From IMG/VR virus record IMGVR_UViG_3300047121_000347, positions 1 through 64,000 of that record: DNA of 64,000 bases; one strand, given 5' to 3'. The position numbers were made by a program, and so were the translations under genes. Positions 1 through 9,257 of the stretch are shown here, piece after piece. This DNA is from a virus. Every line of letters starts with the position of its first letter. The first letter of the stretch is position 1. The notes beneath the pieces are model-generated. The model saw nothing but the letters and a program-made list of their open reading frames with translations, had not been told where the DNA came from and ran no database searches.

Positions 1-1
1 A

Positions 2-100
2 ACGGCAGCTTATAACGGCTCAAGCGTCGGCCCTGTCACGATCAATACAGGTGTTGCGGTGACTGTTGGCACAGATCAGCGTTGGTTAATTTTTGGCTAG
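2..100 (+). CDS. 3' end of a tail/fibre-associated protein (partial)
   Basis: Frame 2 reads TAAYNGSSVGPVTINTGVAVTVGTDQRWLIFG*, a C-terminal motif typical of phage fibre-associated proteins; next gene starts at 110. Confidence 0.6.
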   Translation, partial: TAAYNGSSVGPVTINTGVAVTVGTDQRWLIFG

Positions 101-109
101 GAAATAAAC

Positions 110-526
110 ATGAGTAACTTAAAAGTTCAAGGCAATGCGTCTGGTGCAGGCACACAAACCTTGCAAAGCGCAAATACATCAAGCAGTGTCACAGCGACAC
201 TTCCTGATTTGTCTAGCAACTTTTCACTAGGGTTCTTAAATGTCCCGGTGAGTTCGACAACGACGACGCTGGTTGTAGCTGACGTTGGCAAAGTTGTCTC
301 ACTGTCTGCTGGGATCACAATTCCTGACGCGACTTTTTCAGCCGGTGATGCCATTTCTCTTTACAACAACACCAGCGGCAACTTAACGATTACCTGCTCG
401 ATCACCACGGCTTATATCGCTGGCACTGATAGCGACAAGGCAACGATGACGTTAGCTACAAGAGGTGTGGCGACTATTTTGTTTATTAGCGGAACGGTTT
501 GTGTTGTTACCGGAAGCGTGTCATGA
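110..526 (+). CDS. tail fibre-associated structural protein
   Basis: 138 aa, Ser/Thr/Val-rich beta-type sequence; AGGA upstream; ATGA-coupled to next gene. Confidence 0.6.
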   Translation: MSNLKVQGNASGAGTQTLQSANTSSSVTATLPDLSSNFSLGFLNVPVSSTTTTLVVADVGKVVSLSAGITIPDATFSAGDAISLYNNTSGNLTITCSITTAYIAGTDSDKATMTLATRGVATILFISGTVCVVTGSVS

Positions 527-2121
527 CAGGCATTATTAATATGTTGTTGGGTGGTGCTGCTAAGAAATTCACCATCATCCAAACCTTCACAGCGACACAA
601 GACTGGACTTGCCCTGCTGGGGTGACTGAGGTTGATTATCTTGTAGTCGGTGGCGGTGGAGGAGCAGGCTTTGGTGCGGGTGGTGGAGGTGGCGCTGGCG
701 GGTATAGAACTGGTACTGCTTTAAGCGTCACTCCTACAAGCACCTACACCATCACAGTTGGTAGTGGCGGCGCTGGTGGCGCTTCTAATCCCTCGGCTGG
801 CACTAGTGGTGGAAATTCAATATTTAGCACTATTACTTCTAATGGTGGCGGCGGGGGCGGTACTAATGCAGGTAGTGGTGCTGGTATTGCTGGTGGAAGT
901 GGCGGCGGCGGAGGAAATAGTTCTGGCGCTGGGGGTGCAGGAAATACACCTTCTACATCTCCATCACAAGGTAATAATGGCGGCACAGGTGGTTCGGGTG
1001 GCACTGGAACAACGTATGCTTCTGCCGGTGGTGGAGGTGCTTCTGCTGTAGGGAGCAATGGAGCCAGCACTTCTCCTTACTCCGGTGGCAATGGGGGCAA
1101 TGGAACCCAAGGCCCATCTTATGCATCTGCATATGGTGGTGCAGGCCCAGGTGGTTCACCTTCTACGGGATATTTTTCTGGTGGTGGCGGTGGTACAGGG
1201 TATAACGCAGGAAGCACTGGCGGGGCGGGTGGTGGCGGTGCTGGCGCTTCTGCTGCTGGTTCTGGTACTGCTGGAGGAACAAATACCGGTGGTGGCGGTG
1301 GCGCAGGAGGCGCAGCAGGCGGCTCCGGCATTGTCATCCTGAAATACCAAGCACCATCACAAACCGTATTCACCTTTAAAGGGTCTGGGGCTTGGGTTTG
1401 CCCGACTGGCGTTACTTCTGTTGATTATCTTGTTGTTGCTGGTGGTGGTGGGGGCGGTACTACTTGCGGAGGAGGTGCAGGAGGTTTTCGTACTGGTACA
1501 AGTTTGTCAGTAACCGCAGGAACTAGTTATACCATCACTGTAGGGGGCGGCGGGGCTGGTTCTCAAGCAAACAATTCGCCCGGCGTAAGTGGGAGTAACT
1601 CTGTATTTAGCACCATAACGTCTACTGGCGGTGGTTATGGGGCTAAAGATGATACCGCGACACCTGGGGGAAGTGGCGGTTCTGGTGGCGGCAGTTCTAT
1701 TGGAACAACAGCAGGACAGGGAAACACCCCATCTACTACACCAAGTCAAGGCAATAACGGCGGTGTTGGCTCAAGTGGTGGCGTTTATGCAGGGGCTGGA
1801 GGGGGCGGCGCAGGGGCTGTCGGTCAAAATGCTCCTAGCACTAGCATTGCTGGGAATGGTGGGAATGGGTCTGCATCTAGCATTACTGGCGCATCCGTGA
1901 CCTATGCCGGTGGCGGTGGCGGTGCTTATAACACCAACTTAGGAAGCGGAACTATTGGAACAGGAGGTACTGGTGGCGGCGGCAGCGGTGGCGATGCTTC
2001 TACAGCAGCGACTGCTGGAACGCCCAATTCAGGAGGTGGTGGTGGTGCATCTATGAATGCAACTGGAGGCCGCGCTAAAGCAGGCGGCTCAGGAATCGTC
2101 ATCATTAAGATCAATCAATAA
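523..2121 (+). CDS. glycine-rich virion protein with two tandem Gly-rich domains
   Basis: Start at ATG 523 (ATGA overlap). Two homologous units: W.CP.GVT.VDYLVV.GGGG...YTITVG.GG...GNTPST.PSQGNNGG...GGSGIVI.K. Confidence 0.75.
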   Translation: MTGIINMLLGGAAKKFTIIQTFTATQDWTCPAGVTEVDYLVVGGGGGAGFGAGGGGGAGGYRTGTALSVTPTSTYTITVGSGGAGGASNPSAGTSGGNSIFSTITSNGGGGGGTNAGSGAGIAGGSGGGGGNSSGAGGAGNTPSTSPSQGNNGGTGGSGGTGTTYASAGGGGASAVGSNGASTSPYSGGNGGNGTQGPSYASAYGGAGPGGSPSTGYFSGGGGGTGYNAGSTGGAGGGGAGASAAGSGTAGGTNTGGGGGAGGAAGGSGIVILKYQAPSQTVFTFKGSGAWVCPTGVTSVDYLVVAGGGGGGTTCGGGAGGFRTGTSLSVTAGTSYTITVGGGGAGSQANNSPGVSGSNSVFSTITSTGGGYGAKDDTATPGGSGGSGGGSSIGTTAGQGNTPSTTPSQGNNGGVGSSGGVYAGAGGGGAGAVGQNAPSTSIAGNGGNGSASSITGASVTYAGGGGGAYNTNLGSGTIGTGGTGGGGSGGDASTAATAGTPNSGGGGGASMNATGGRAKAGGSGIVIIKINQ

Positions 2122-2129
2122 GAGGTCAC

Positions 2130-2390
2130 ATGAAAAAGATCATGAGGTTTTACGGCATTGATACGGCGATGCACATGCTTCGTCCCAATGCCAAGTGGGA
2201 GATAACCAATAACGTCATTACACGTTGGGATGATCCACGGCCTAAGCCCAGCATGGAAGAGATTTACTGGGTGATGGAAAAGATCAAAGAGTTTGAAGAG
2301 TCAATCCCCACGATCTGGCTTGATGAGGATTGGGAAAAGATTACTGGCGAAAGAAGGATGATTGAAGAGGCTATCGGTGAACCTGCATAA
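2130..2390 (+). CDS. small XkdW-like / fibre-associated protein
   Basis: LRPNAKW...WDDPRPKPSMEEI pattern; follows a Gly-rich gene; GAGG SD. Confidence 0.5.
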   Translation: MKKIMRFYGIDTAMHMLRPNAKWEITNNVITRWDDPRPKPSMEEIYWVMEKIKEFEESIPTIWLDEDWEKITGERRMIEEAIGEPA

Positions 2391-2979
2391 CTTATTTCCA
2401 ACGCCAGTAGGTTTTGCAGACCTTGGCCGTGAACTCACGGACGAGGAGATGTTCTTTGTGCGTGAGCTTGAGACTCGGCCTAACATGGGGAATACGACCT
2501 CCACGGATAACTTTGTGCTTCGCAATCCGGCCATGACAAGCCTGCGATCATTCATTGAGGACAGCGTGGCTGAATACTTCAAAGCCACGGTCAATCCCAA
2601 GCACAACGTATCCCTACGCATCACACAAAGCTGGTGCAATTACAGTGAGCAGGGTCAGTATCACCACAAACATGCCCACCCCAATAGCTACATTTCAGGC
2701 GTGTTTTACTTGCAGACCAATCCTGATGACAGGATTTACTTCTACAAAGACGGCTGGCAGCAGATCAAGTTTCCCACCGACAACTGGAATGCGTACAACT
2801 CAGAATCATGGTGGTTTGAGGCATTCACTGGCCGGTTGATTCTTTTCCCTTCATCCTTAACGCATATGGTGCCTACGGTTCAGGGTGAGCAGACACGCAT
2901 TTCATTGAGTTTTAATACCTTCCCTGTGGGTACAGTCGGGGAAGAGATGGATTTAACTGGTTTGAAGCTGGAGGCATAG
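2377..2979 (+). CDS. 2OG-Fe(II) oxygenase (TIGR02466-like)
   Basis: HHKHAHPNSYISGVFY...LILFPSSLTHMV...RISLSFN (HxH...H...RxS); probable GTG start at 2377 after GAGG. Confidence 0.85.
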   Translation: MNLHNLFPTPVGFADLGRELTDEEMFFVRELETRPNMGNTTSTDNFVLRNPAMTSLRSFIEDSVAEYFKATVNPKHNVSLRITQSWCNYSEQGQYHHKHAHPNSYISGVFYLQTNPDDRIYFYKDGWQQIKFPTDNWNAYNSESWWFEAFTGRLILFPSSLTHMVPTVQGEQTRISLSFNTFPVGTVGEEMDLTGLKLEA

Positions 2980-3291
2980 ATGAGTCATTTCGCAAAGTTA
3001 GACGAGAACAATGTTGTCATCCAAGTCATCGTTGTTGATAACAAAGACACCGCCGACGCAAGCGGTGTTGAGAAGGAATATATCGGCGCAGCCTTCTGCG
3101 AACGACTGCTTGGCGGCACTTGGAAGCAGACTTCGTATAACGGCAACTTCCGCAAGAATTACGCTGGGCTAGGTTATACCTACGACGCAGCGCGTGATGC
3201 CTTCATCCCGCCACGGCCAAGTGATGATGCAACGCTTGATGAAGCGACATGCCAGTGGATTGTTCCAAGCTTAGGAGCTGATTCGGTATGA
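2980..3291 (+). CDS. putative fibre assembly/chaperone protein (paralog of 4499-4861)
   Basis: MSHFAKLD...QTSYN...FRKNYAG.GYTYD...DAFIPP...LDEATCQW. Confidence 0.6.
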   Translation: MSHFAKLDENNVVIQVIVVDNKDTADASGVEKEYIGAAFCERLLGGTWKQTSYNGNFRKNYAGLGYTYDAARDAFIPPRPSDDATLDEATCQWIVPSLGADSV

Positions 3292-4490
3292 CTACCAAGA
3301 TCACATCCGCAAACATCACGCAGTCAGGCACATCGGGTATTACCAGTGTGGCGTGGCAGGCCGTGCAGACCACGGGGTTTACGGCTGTGGCTGGCAGGGC
3401 TTATCCGTGTAATACGACTTCCGCAGCATTTACCGTCACGCTACCTGCTAGTCCAGCGGCAGGGAATGTCATCACGCTGACAGATTATGCGGGGACATGG
3501 GGAACTAATAACCTGACGGTAAATCCTAATGGAAATAAGATAAATGGCAGCACATCAAATGCGACATTAAGCACCAACAGAGGATCTGTTCAGCTTGTTT
3601 ATGTGGACAGTACACAGGGCTGGGTTGCTTACTCAGGCTTTGCCGTTACAAGTTTATTAATGCCAATTAATTATCTTGTTGTCGCAGGTGGTGGAGGAGG
3701 GAGTTATTCTGGTGGCGGTGGTGCTGGCGGACTGCTTGAATCTTCTACATCTCTTAATTTAGGAACTGCGTACACAGTCACTGTTGGAGGGCCAGGATCA
3801 GGGTCTCCATCCACTGGAACAAGAATTGGAACAAACGGTTCTAACTCTGTTTTTGCAAGTTTTACGGCTACCGGAGGTGGCTATGGAGGTAATGTTTCAA
3901 ATGGTAATTCCGGCGGTTCTGGAGGCGGGGGTGATGGCGGCACATCTACATCCTATAACGGCGGTCCTGGCACTTCAGGACAGGGGTCTGCTGGCGGTAA
4001 TGGGGGCAGTGGATCAGGGACGTATGGCGCTGGTGGTGGCGGCGGGGCCGGAGGAGTTGGATCAAATGGTACGTCGAGTGCTGAAGGCAACGGTGGCGCT
4101 GGCGTTAACTCTCTTATTACAGGTTCAAGTGTTGGGTATGCCGGCGGCGGCGGCGGCGGCGGCAGGGGCGCTTCTGGTGAAACTGCTGTAACGAAATCAA
4201 CGGCGAGTCATGGAGGCGGCGCAGGTTCAAACAATTCTGGGTCTGCAGGTACAGCGGGTGCTACAAATCGTGGCGGTGGCGGCGGCGGTGCTTATGGCAA
4301 TGGTGCGGCTGGAGTTGTTTCTGCTGGTGGTAACGGCGGTTCTGGTGTTGTCATTATTAAAATTCCGGACACACGCACCGCAACCTTTTCCGGCGGTGTT
4401 ACATCCAGCGTTTCTACAGCAGTTGATGGTTACAAAATATACACCGTCACCGCAACGTCAACGACCTCAGAAACGGTCACATTTAGCTGA
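3288..4490 (+). CDS. glycine-rich virion protein with N-terminal gp9/gp10-like beta domain
   Basis: TVTLPASPAAG...DYAGTWGTNNLTVNPNGNKING followed by a YLVVAGGGGG...GGSGVVII Gly-rich domain. Confidence 0.7.
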   Translation: MTTKITSANITQSGTSGITSVAWQAVQTTGFTAVAGRAYPCNTTSAAFTVTLPASPAAGNVITLTDYAGTWGTNNLTVNPNGNKINGSTSNATLSTNRGSVQLVYVDSTQGWVAYSGFAVTSLLMPINYLVVAGGGGGSYSGGGGAGGLLESSTSLNLGTAYTVTVGGPGSGSPSTGTRIGTNGSNSVFASFTATGGGYGGNVSNGNSGGSGGGGDGGTSTSYNGGPGTSGQGSAGGNGGSGSGTYGAGGGGGAGGVGSNGTSSAEGNGGAGVNSLITGSSVGYAGGGGGGGRGASGETAVTKSTASHGGGAGSNNSGSAGTAGATNRGGGGGGAYGNGAAGVVSAGGNGGSGVVIIKIPDTRTATFSGGVTSSVSTAVDGYKIYTVTATSTTSETVTFS

Positions 4491-4498
4491 GGAATGAC

Positions 4499-4861
4499 AT
4501 GGCACATTTTGCAAAAATTGATAACTTACAAACTGTCGTGTTTGTCACCGTGGGCCGCCAAGAAGATGACGGGAAAGAATTGGAACTATGCGCCAGAACG
4601 GGCGATACCTATCGTCAAACTTCGTACAACACCCGAGGTGGCGTTCACTACGATCCTGATACGGGCCTGCCGTCAGCGGATCAGTCAAAAGCATTCAGAA
4701 AAAACTACGCAGGAATTGGCTACACCTACGATCCCGTTCGTGACGCTTTTATTCCACCAAAACCAACACCAGACGCTGTACTAGATGAAGAGACTTGCCA
4801 GTGGATAGTGCCTGTGGCTGACCCCATCGGTGCTGATTCTGTAGGGGCTGACTCTCTGTGA
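4499..4861 (+). CDS. putative fibre assembly/chaperone protein (paralog of 2980-3291)
   Basis: MAHFAKID...QTSYN...FRKNYAGIGYTYD...DAFIPP...LDEETCQW. Confidence 0.6.
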   Translation: MAHFAKIDNLQTVVFVTVGRQEDDGKELELCARTGDTYRQTSYNTRGGVHYDPDTGLPSADQSKAFRKNYAGIGYTYDPVRDAFIPPKPTPDAVLDEETCQWIVPVADPIGADSVGADSL

Positions 4862-6144
4862 AATATTCGATTGTCATCCCGACATATAACCATTGCAGTG
4901 ATCTGTTAAAGCCATGCATTGAGTCGATATTCAAATATACCGACATGGGTGAGGTTGAGTTGGTCATTTCGGCCAATGGCTGCAAGGATGAAACGTCGGA
5001 TTACCTCAAATCACTTAAGAAAACCTTTGCCAGTATTGGGTTTGAAAAGCATCTTAAAGTCATTTGGCACGATCAGCCTTTAGGCTATTCTGGGGCCACA
5101 AACGCAGGCATACGCTTTGCCACGGCAGATAAGATCGTCCTGCTCAACAACGATACGGTACTGCTGCCACAACCCAAAAGCCAGTGGTTGCAGATGTTGG
5201 ACAGCGTTTTCAAAAACGAAAGGTGCGGCATCTCATGCGTGATTAAAGGGCCATCAGAGCCAGCAGGAAAGGACTTTGCAGTCTTCTTTTGCGTGATGGT
5301 TCACCGCAAGGTTTTCGATGCTATTGGCCTTCTGAACACCGAGTACGGCGTGGGTGGCGGTGAAGACACAGAGTTCTGCATTGAAGCCGAAAAAGCAGGA
5401 TTTGAGGTCTGTGAATGCGCTCCAAAGGCATGGCAAGACAACATCTTCATCGGTGGCTTTCCCATTTACCATGCTGGCGAAGGCACGGTCCTAGACACAA
5501 ACCTCGTGCCTAATTACCACGACATTTTCCTGCGCAACTCGCTTAAGCTAGCCAAGAAATACAACCCTGAGTGGTATCGCTGGCGGCTATCCAATTATTG
5601 GGAGCGTGCCGTCTTCCTTAAAGGTGATCCGGTCTTCCCTCGTGAGACTACGCGCTATCAGTGGGCGGCTAAGCATGTCCGCGGCAATAAGATCCTTGAG
5701 ATCGGATGCTCAAGTGGTTATGGCCTTCAGTTTATGCCTGACGGCGTGGAATACACAGGCCTTGATTACGACCCCATCATTGTTGAAGTGGCCAAAGAGC
5801 AAAAGTGGGCTGACAGGGCAAACTTTATCAATGCCGACATTAATAAGATCGACCTTGAGCAATACGACACGATCATTGCCTTTGAAGTCATTGAGCACAT
5901 TGATAATGGCCTTGAGGTCCTGCAGAAACTCAAAAAACACTGCAAGAACTTGCTCTTTACCGTACCCATGAATGAGCCGCCAGGCTTTTGGGGACCGCAT
6001 CACAAACTACATGGCTTAAACGAATCGCACTTTCCTGGCTTTGAGTTCAATTACATTGACGAAGAAGGCAACATTTCTGAATGGCCAAAACCGATTGATC
6101 AGCACAACCGCCTGAACCTTCTCATCGGACGCTGGCATGCCTAG
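4858..6144 (+). CDS. GT2 glycosyltransferase fused to class I SAM methyltransferase
   Basis: SIVIPTYN, LLNNDT, GGGED (GT-A fold); C-terminal ILEIGCSSGYG, GLD, AFEVIEH (MTase). Confidence 0.85.
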   Translation: MKYSIVIPTYNHCSDLLKPCIESIFKYTDMGEVELVISANGCKDETSDYLKSLKKTFASIGFEKHLKVIWHDQPLGYSGATNAGIRFATADKIVLLNNDTVLLPQPKSQWLQMLDSVFKNERCGISCVIKGPSEPAGKDFAVFFCVMVHRKVFDAIGLLNTEYGVGGGEDTEFCIEAEKAGFEVCECAPKAWQDNIFIGGFPIYHAGEGTVLDTNLVPNYHDIFLRNSLKLAKKYNPEWYRWRLSNYWERAVFLKGDPVFPRETTRYQWAAKHVRGNKILEIGCSSGYGLQFMPDGVEYTGLDYDPIIVEVAKEQKWADRANFINADINKIDLEQYDTIIAFEVIEHIDNGLEVLQKLKKHCKNLLFTVPMNEPPGFWGPHHKLHGLNESHFPGFEFNYIDEEGNISEWPKPIDQHNRLNLLIGRWHA

Positions 6145-7102
6145 CGTTCTTTGCTCAGTCTCAACCCGTGGCCGCACGCACACAACGCTGCCTATGGCGT
6201 TGCAGGCCATCATCAATCAGACCCGCAAGCCCGATAAGCTTGTGATCTTTGATGACAATGATGACCCGCAAGACCTGCGTAGCGATCCGCTTTATCAGCA
6301 ACTCTTTTACATGCTGCAAGCCAAAGAGATTGCCTGGGAGTGGCTCTATGCAGGCAAGAAAGGCCAGCATCACAATCATCAGATGGCCAATTGGATGGGC
6401 TATGACTGGGTGTGGCGAGTGGACGATGATGCACTGCCAGAACCGAATGTCTTGCAAAACCTCTTAAAGCACGCGGGACCGCAAGTCGGCGGTGTGGGTG
6501 GGTCTGTCCTCACGCCACCGCAAGCATTTGAAGGCACAGCAACCGGCAAGATTGAGCAGATCTATGCGGAGCCAAACCTTCAGTGGGGCCGCATCAAGAA
6601 AACTCAAGAAGTTGAGCACTTGCACTGCACGTTTCTCTACCGTGCAGGTGTTTATGACTACAACCTTGCCCTCTCACGCGTGGCACATCGTGAAGAGACG
6701 CTATTCACTTACGGCCTTCACAAGAAGGGCTACAAGCTGCTCGTGGTGCCCAACGCTGTAACCTGGCACTTGAAAGCACCATCAGGTGGTATTCGCATGG
6801 AAAACAGGCAAGAACTGTTTGAGCATGACGAGCAGATCTTTCGCAATACCATGGCCTTCAGAAACAACACGATCGTCGTGCTCAATAGCGGTATGGGCGA
6901 TCACATCGTCTTCTCGCATGTGCTGCCTTACATTAAAGATCCGATCGTCTTTGGTTGCTATCCTGAGATCGTGCCGTCAAAATCGATCGCTGAAGCCCAA
7001 AGTCTTTTTGGCGACATTGAGATGTTTAACATTTACGGCAAGATGCACCATTGGAAATGGCAGTCAAGCCTTGAAGACGCCTATCGGAAGATGTACTTAT
7101 GA
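6137..7102 (+). CDS. GT2 glycosyltransferase with C-terminal GT9-like N-lobe
   Basis: VIFDD, WRVDDD (DxD), HREET; C-terminal IVVLNSGMGDH. Confidence 0.75.
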   Translation: MPSVLCSVSTRGRTHTTLPMALQAIINQTRKPDKLVIFDDNDDPQDLRSDPLYQQLFYMLQAKEIAWEWLYAGKKGQHHNHQMANWMGYDWVWRVDDDALPEPNVLQNLLKHAGPQVGGVGGSVLTPPQAFEGTATGKIEQIYAEPNLQWGRIKKTQEVEHLHCTFLYRAGVYDYNLALSRVAHREETLFTYGLHKKGYKLLVVPNAVTWHLKAPSGGIRMENRQELFEHDEQIFRNTMAFRNNTIVVLNSGMGDHIVFSHVLPYIKDPIVFGCYPEIVPSKSIAEAQSLFGDIEMFNIYGKMHHWKWQSSLEDAYRKMYL

Positions 7103-7557
7103 TTCTGATCGCGCCATTTGCCAAGCAATTACGCAACGGCAAAGAGAATCCCAAGAACTATCCCTTTTGGGATGAGTTGATTCGTCTGATTGATCAACCC
7201 ATTATTCAGGTCGGGGTTGAAGGCGAAAAGCAGCTAGTAGCGGACTTTCGCAAGAATCTTCCCATCGTTGAAGTGCGTAAACTCATTCAGCAGTGTGAGA
7301 CTTGGATCTCTTGCGATTCATTCCTGCAGCATCTTGGATGGGATGAGGGCAAACAAGGTATTGTTTTGTGGTCAGTTTCTGATCCGCTAATCTTCGGGCA
7401 TCCTGAGAATATCAACCTTCTGAAGGACCGCTCTTTACTGGCTCCTAATCAGTTTTTATGGTGGGAGCATACTGAACACGACCCGAGCAAATTTGTTTCA
7501 CCCCAAACGGTAATAAACGCGCTAAAATTATTTAATCAAGAATTGGTATCAGGGTGA
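7099..7557 (+). CDS. GT9 (heptosyltransferase-like) C-terminal lobe
   Basis: ILIAP...KNYPFWDELI...IIQVG...ISCDSFLQHL...IVLW pattern of the GT9 C-domain. Confidence 0.7.
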   Translation: MILIAPFAKQLRNGKENPKNYPFWDELIRLIDQPIIQVGVEGEKQLVADFRKNLPIVEVRKLIQQCETWISCDSFLQHLGWDEGKQGIVLWSVSDPLIFGHPENINLLKDRSLLAPNQFLWWEHTEHDPSKFVSPQTVINALKLFNQELVSG

Positions 7558-7561
7558 CATC

Positions 7562-8788
7562 ATGGCCGCACCGAATTACACGCCAATCCAGCTTTATCGG
7601 ACCAACACAGCCTCAACCACAGCACCCGCCGCTGGCAACTTAAACGCAGGTGAGCTTGCCATCAATTACCACGACAGTGGGATGGCGCTCTATGCAAAGA
7701 ACTCATCAGGAGCCGTCAAAAAGCTCATCAACAACCCTGCGGGCCTGACTTATCCGGCTGCTGACGGCTCGGCATATCAAGCCGTTCAAACGGATGGCTC
7801 TGGAACCCTATCATTTGCGCCATCGGCATCATCAGTTTTAACGGCTCAAGGCGACTTGCTTTACGCCTCTGGGGCTAACACCTTAGCCAGGCTTGCCAAG
7901 AGCACTACAGCTACGCGTTACCTCTCTAATACGGGTACCAATAACAATCCAGCCTGGGCGCAAATTGATTTAACGAACGGCGTCACAGGCACCTTACCCA
8001 TCGGTAGTGGAGGCACAGGTGTTAGTGCCGCTGCAAGTGACGGCCAGCTACTAATCGGTAATGGCTCAGGCTTTACCCTGGCCAATATCACGGTTAGCCC
8101 ACCGCTAAGCATTTCCAATACGGCAGGAGGTATTGCACTTACTGCCTCAGGTCTTGGCACTGGTGACGTAATCGGCCCAACAAGCGCTACTGATCGTGCG
8201 ATTGCCATTTACAACGGCACGGGCGGCAAGATCATTCAAAATTCAACCGCTACAGTGACCTCGGCAGGATTTTTAACGGCTAATGGACTAACCTTCCCGG
8301 CTACGCAGGTTTCATCGGCAGATGCCAATACGCTTGATGATTATGAAGAAGGTATATGGACGCCAAGTTTTATAAGCATTGATATTCTTAATGGCGACAT
8401 AACTCCGACGTATGTCACATTAACGACAAAAGGCTCTTATCGAAAAGTTGGTTCGGTGGTTTTTGTATTATTTAGAATCTCTCTATCTGCGTTATCAGTG
8501 ACCGGATCAACTTCAAATGAACTTTATATTGAAGGGCTTCCATACGCACCAAACACATCAAATCCGGTATTTTCTCCACAGATGGCATATGGCTTTGCTA
8601 ATAATTTTTCAACAAATGCACCATCGTTTGGATATTTCAACACTATTAATTGGACTCAAGTAACTGGGTCAGTCTCTGTAAATTACAAAACCGCTCCAAA
8701 TGCTTTGACATCTGGACTAATAACTGGGGCCAACCTTACCTCTTCGATACTGCTAGTTGGCAGTGGGTTTTATTTCTCTGCAACGTGA
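7562..8788 (+). CDS. tail fibre / receptor-binding protein 2
   Basis: N-terminal YTPI.LY...P.A.NL...ELA.NY.D..LY.KNSSG anchor shared with 61821-63644; ANTLDDYEEG.WTP head motif. Confidence 0.75.
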   Translation: MAAPNYTPIQLYRTNTASTTAPAAGNLNAGELAINYHDSGMALYAKNSSGAVKKLINNPAGLTYPAADGSAYQAVQTDGSGTLSFAPSASSVLTAQGDLLYASGANTLARLAKSTTATRYLSNTGTNNNPAWAQIDLTNGVTGTLPIGSGGTGVSAAASDGQLLIGNGSGFTLANITVSPPLSISNTAGGIALTASGLGTGDVIGPTSATDRAIAIYNGTGGKIIQNSTATVTSAGFLTANGLTFPATQVSSADANTLDDYEEGIWTPSFISIDILNGDITPTYVTLTTKGSYRKVGSVVFVLFRISLSALSVTGSTSNELYIEGLPYAPNTSNPVFSPQMAYGFANNFSTNAPSFGYFNTINWTQVTGSVSVNYKTAPNALTSGLITGANLTSSILLVGSGFYFSAT

Positions 8789-8795
8789 GGCTTTT

Positions 8796-9035
8796 ATGAT
8801 TAACAAAGAAGTGATTATTGACAAGATTGAAGTCATTGAAAACGGCGGTGTGTTAATCCGTGAGGTGACACGCATCGTAGAAGATGGCAATGAAATTTCA
8901 CGCTCTTATCATCGGTCGTCATTGGCCCCTGGTGTTGATATCTCCAATCAAGACCCTCGCGTTCAGGCTATCTGCAATGCAGTATGGACGCCTGAAGTAA
9001 TTGCTGCATTTAATGCCCAACGTCAGGCCGCCTAA
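8796..9035 (+). CDS. small fibre-associated protein
   Basis: 79 aa from ATG 8796 (GAGG SD); IDKIEV...ISRSYHR...VQAICNAVWT. Confidence 0.55.
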   Translation: MINKEVIIDKIEVIENGGVLIREVTRIVEDGNEISRSYHRSSLAPGVDISNQDPRVQAICNAVWTPEVIAAFNAQRQAA

Positions 9036-9041
9036 TGAATT

Positions 9042-9257
9042 ATGGACTCCATTGAGACGAGACATGCCGTGCTAGAAGCCAGGATGAGCGCTCATGAAAA
9101 GGAGTGCGCTAGCCGATATGAAGCAATCACTGCACAGCTTGATAAAGGCGATAAGCGCATGACCAAGATTGAGTATTGGATCATTGCGGTGTTTGCTGCA
9201 GTGCTGCTCGGCCCTGGCGCTGCGGCTGAGTTTGTTAAAAAGCTATTTGGTATCTGA
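9042..9257 (+). CDS. small coiled-coil plus single TM protein (lysis-associated?)
   Basis: HEKECASRY coiled coil and C-terminal hydrophobic helix; paralog at 63858. Confidence 0.55.
   Translation: MDSIETRHAVLEARMSAHEKECASRYEAITAQLDKGDKRMTKIEYWIIAVFAAVLLGPGAAAEFVKKLFGI

Noticed and set aside
7562-8788. diversity-generating retroelement targeting a fibre
   Set aside because: No reverse transcriptase and no TR/VR pair differing at adenines was seen
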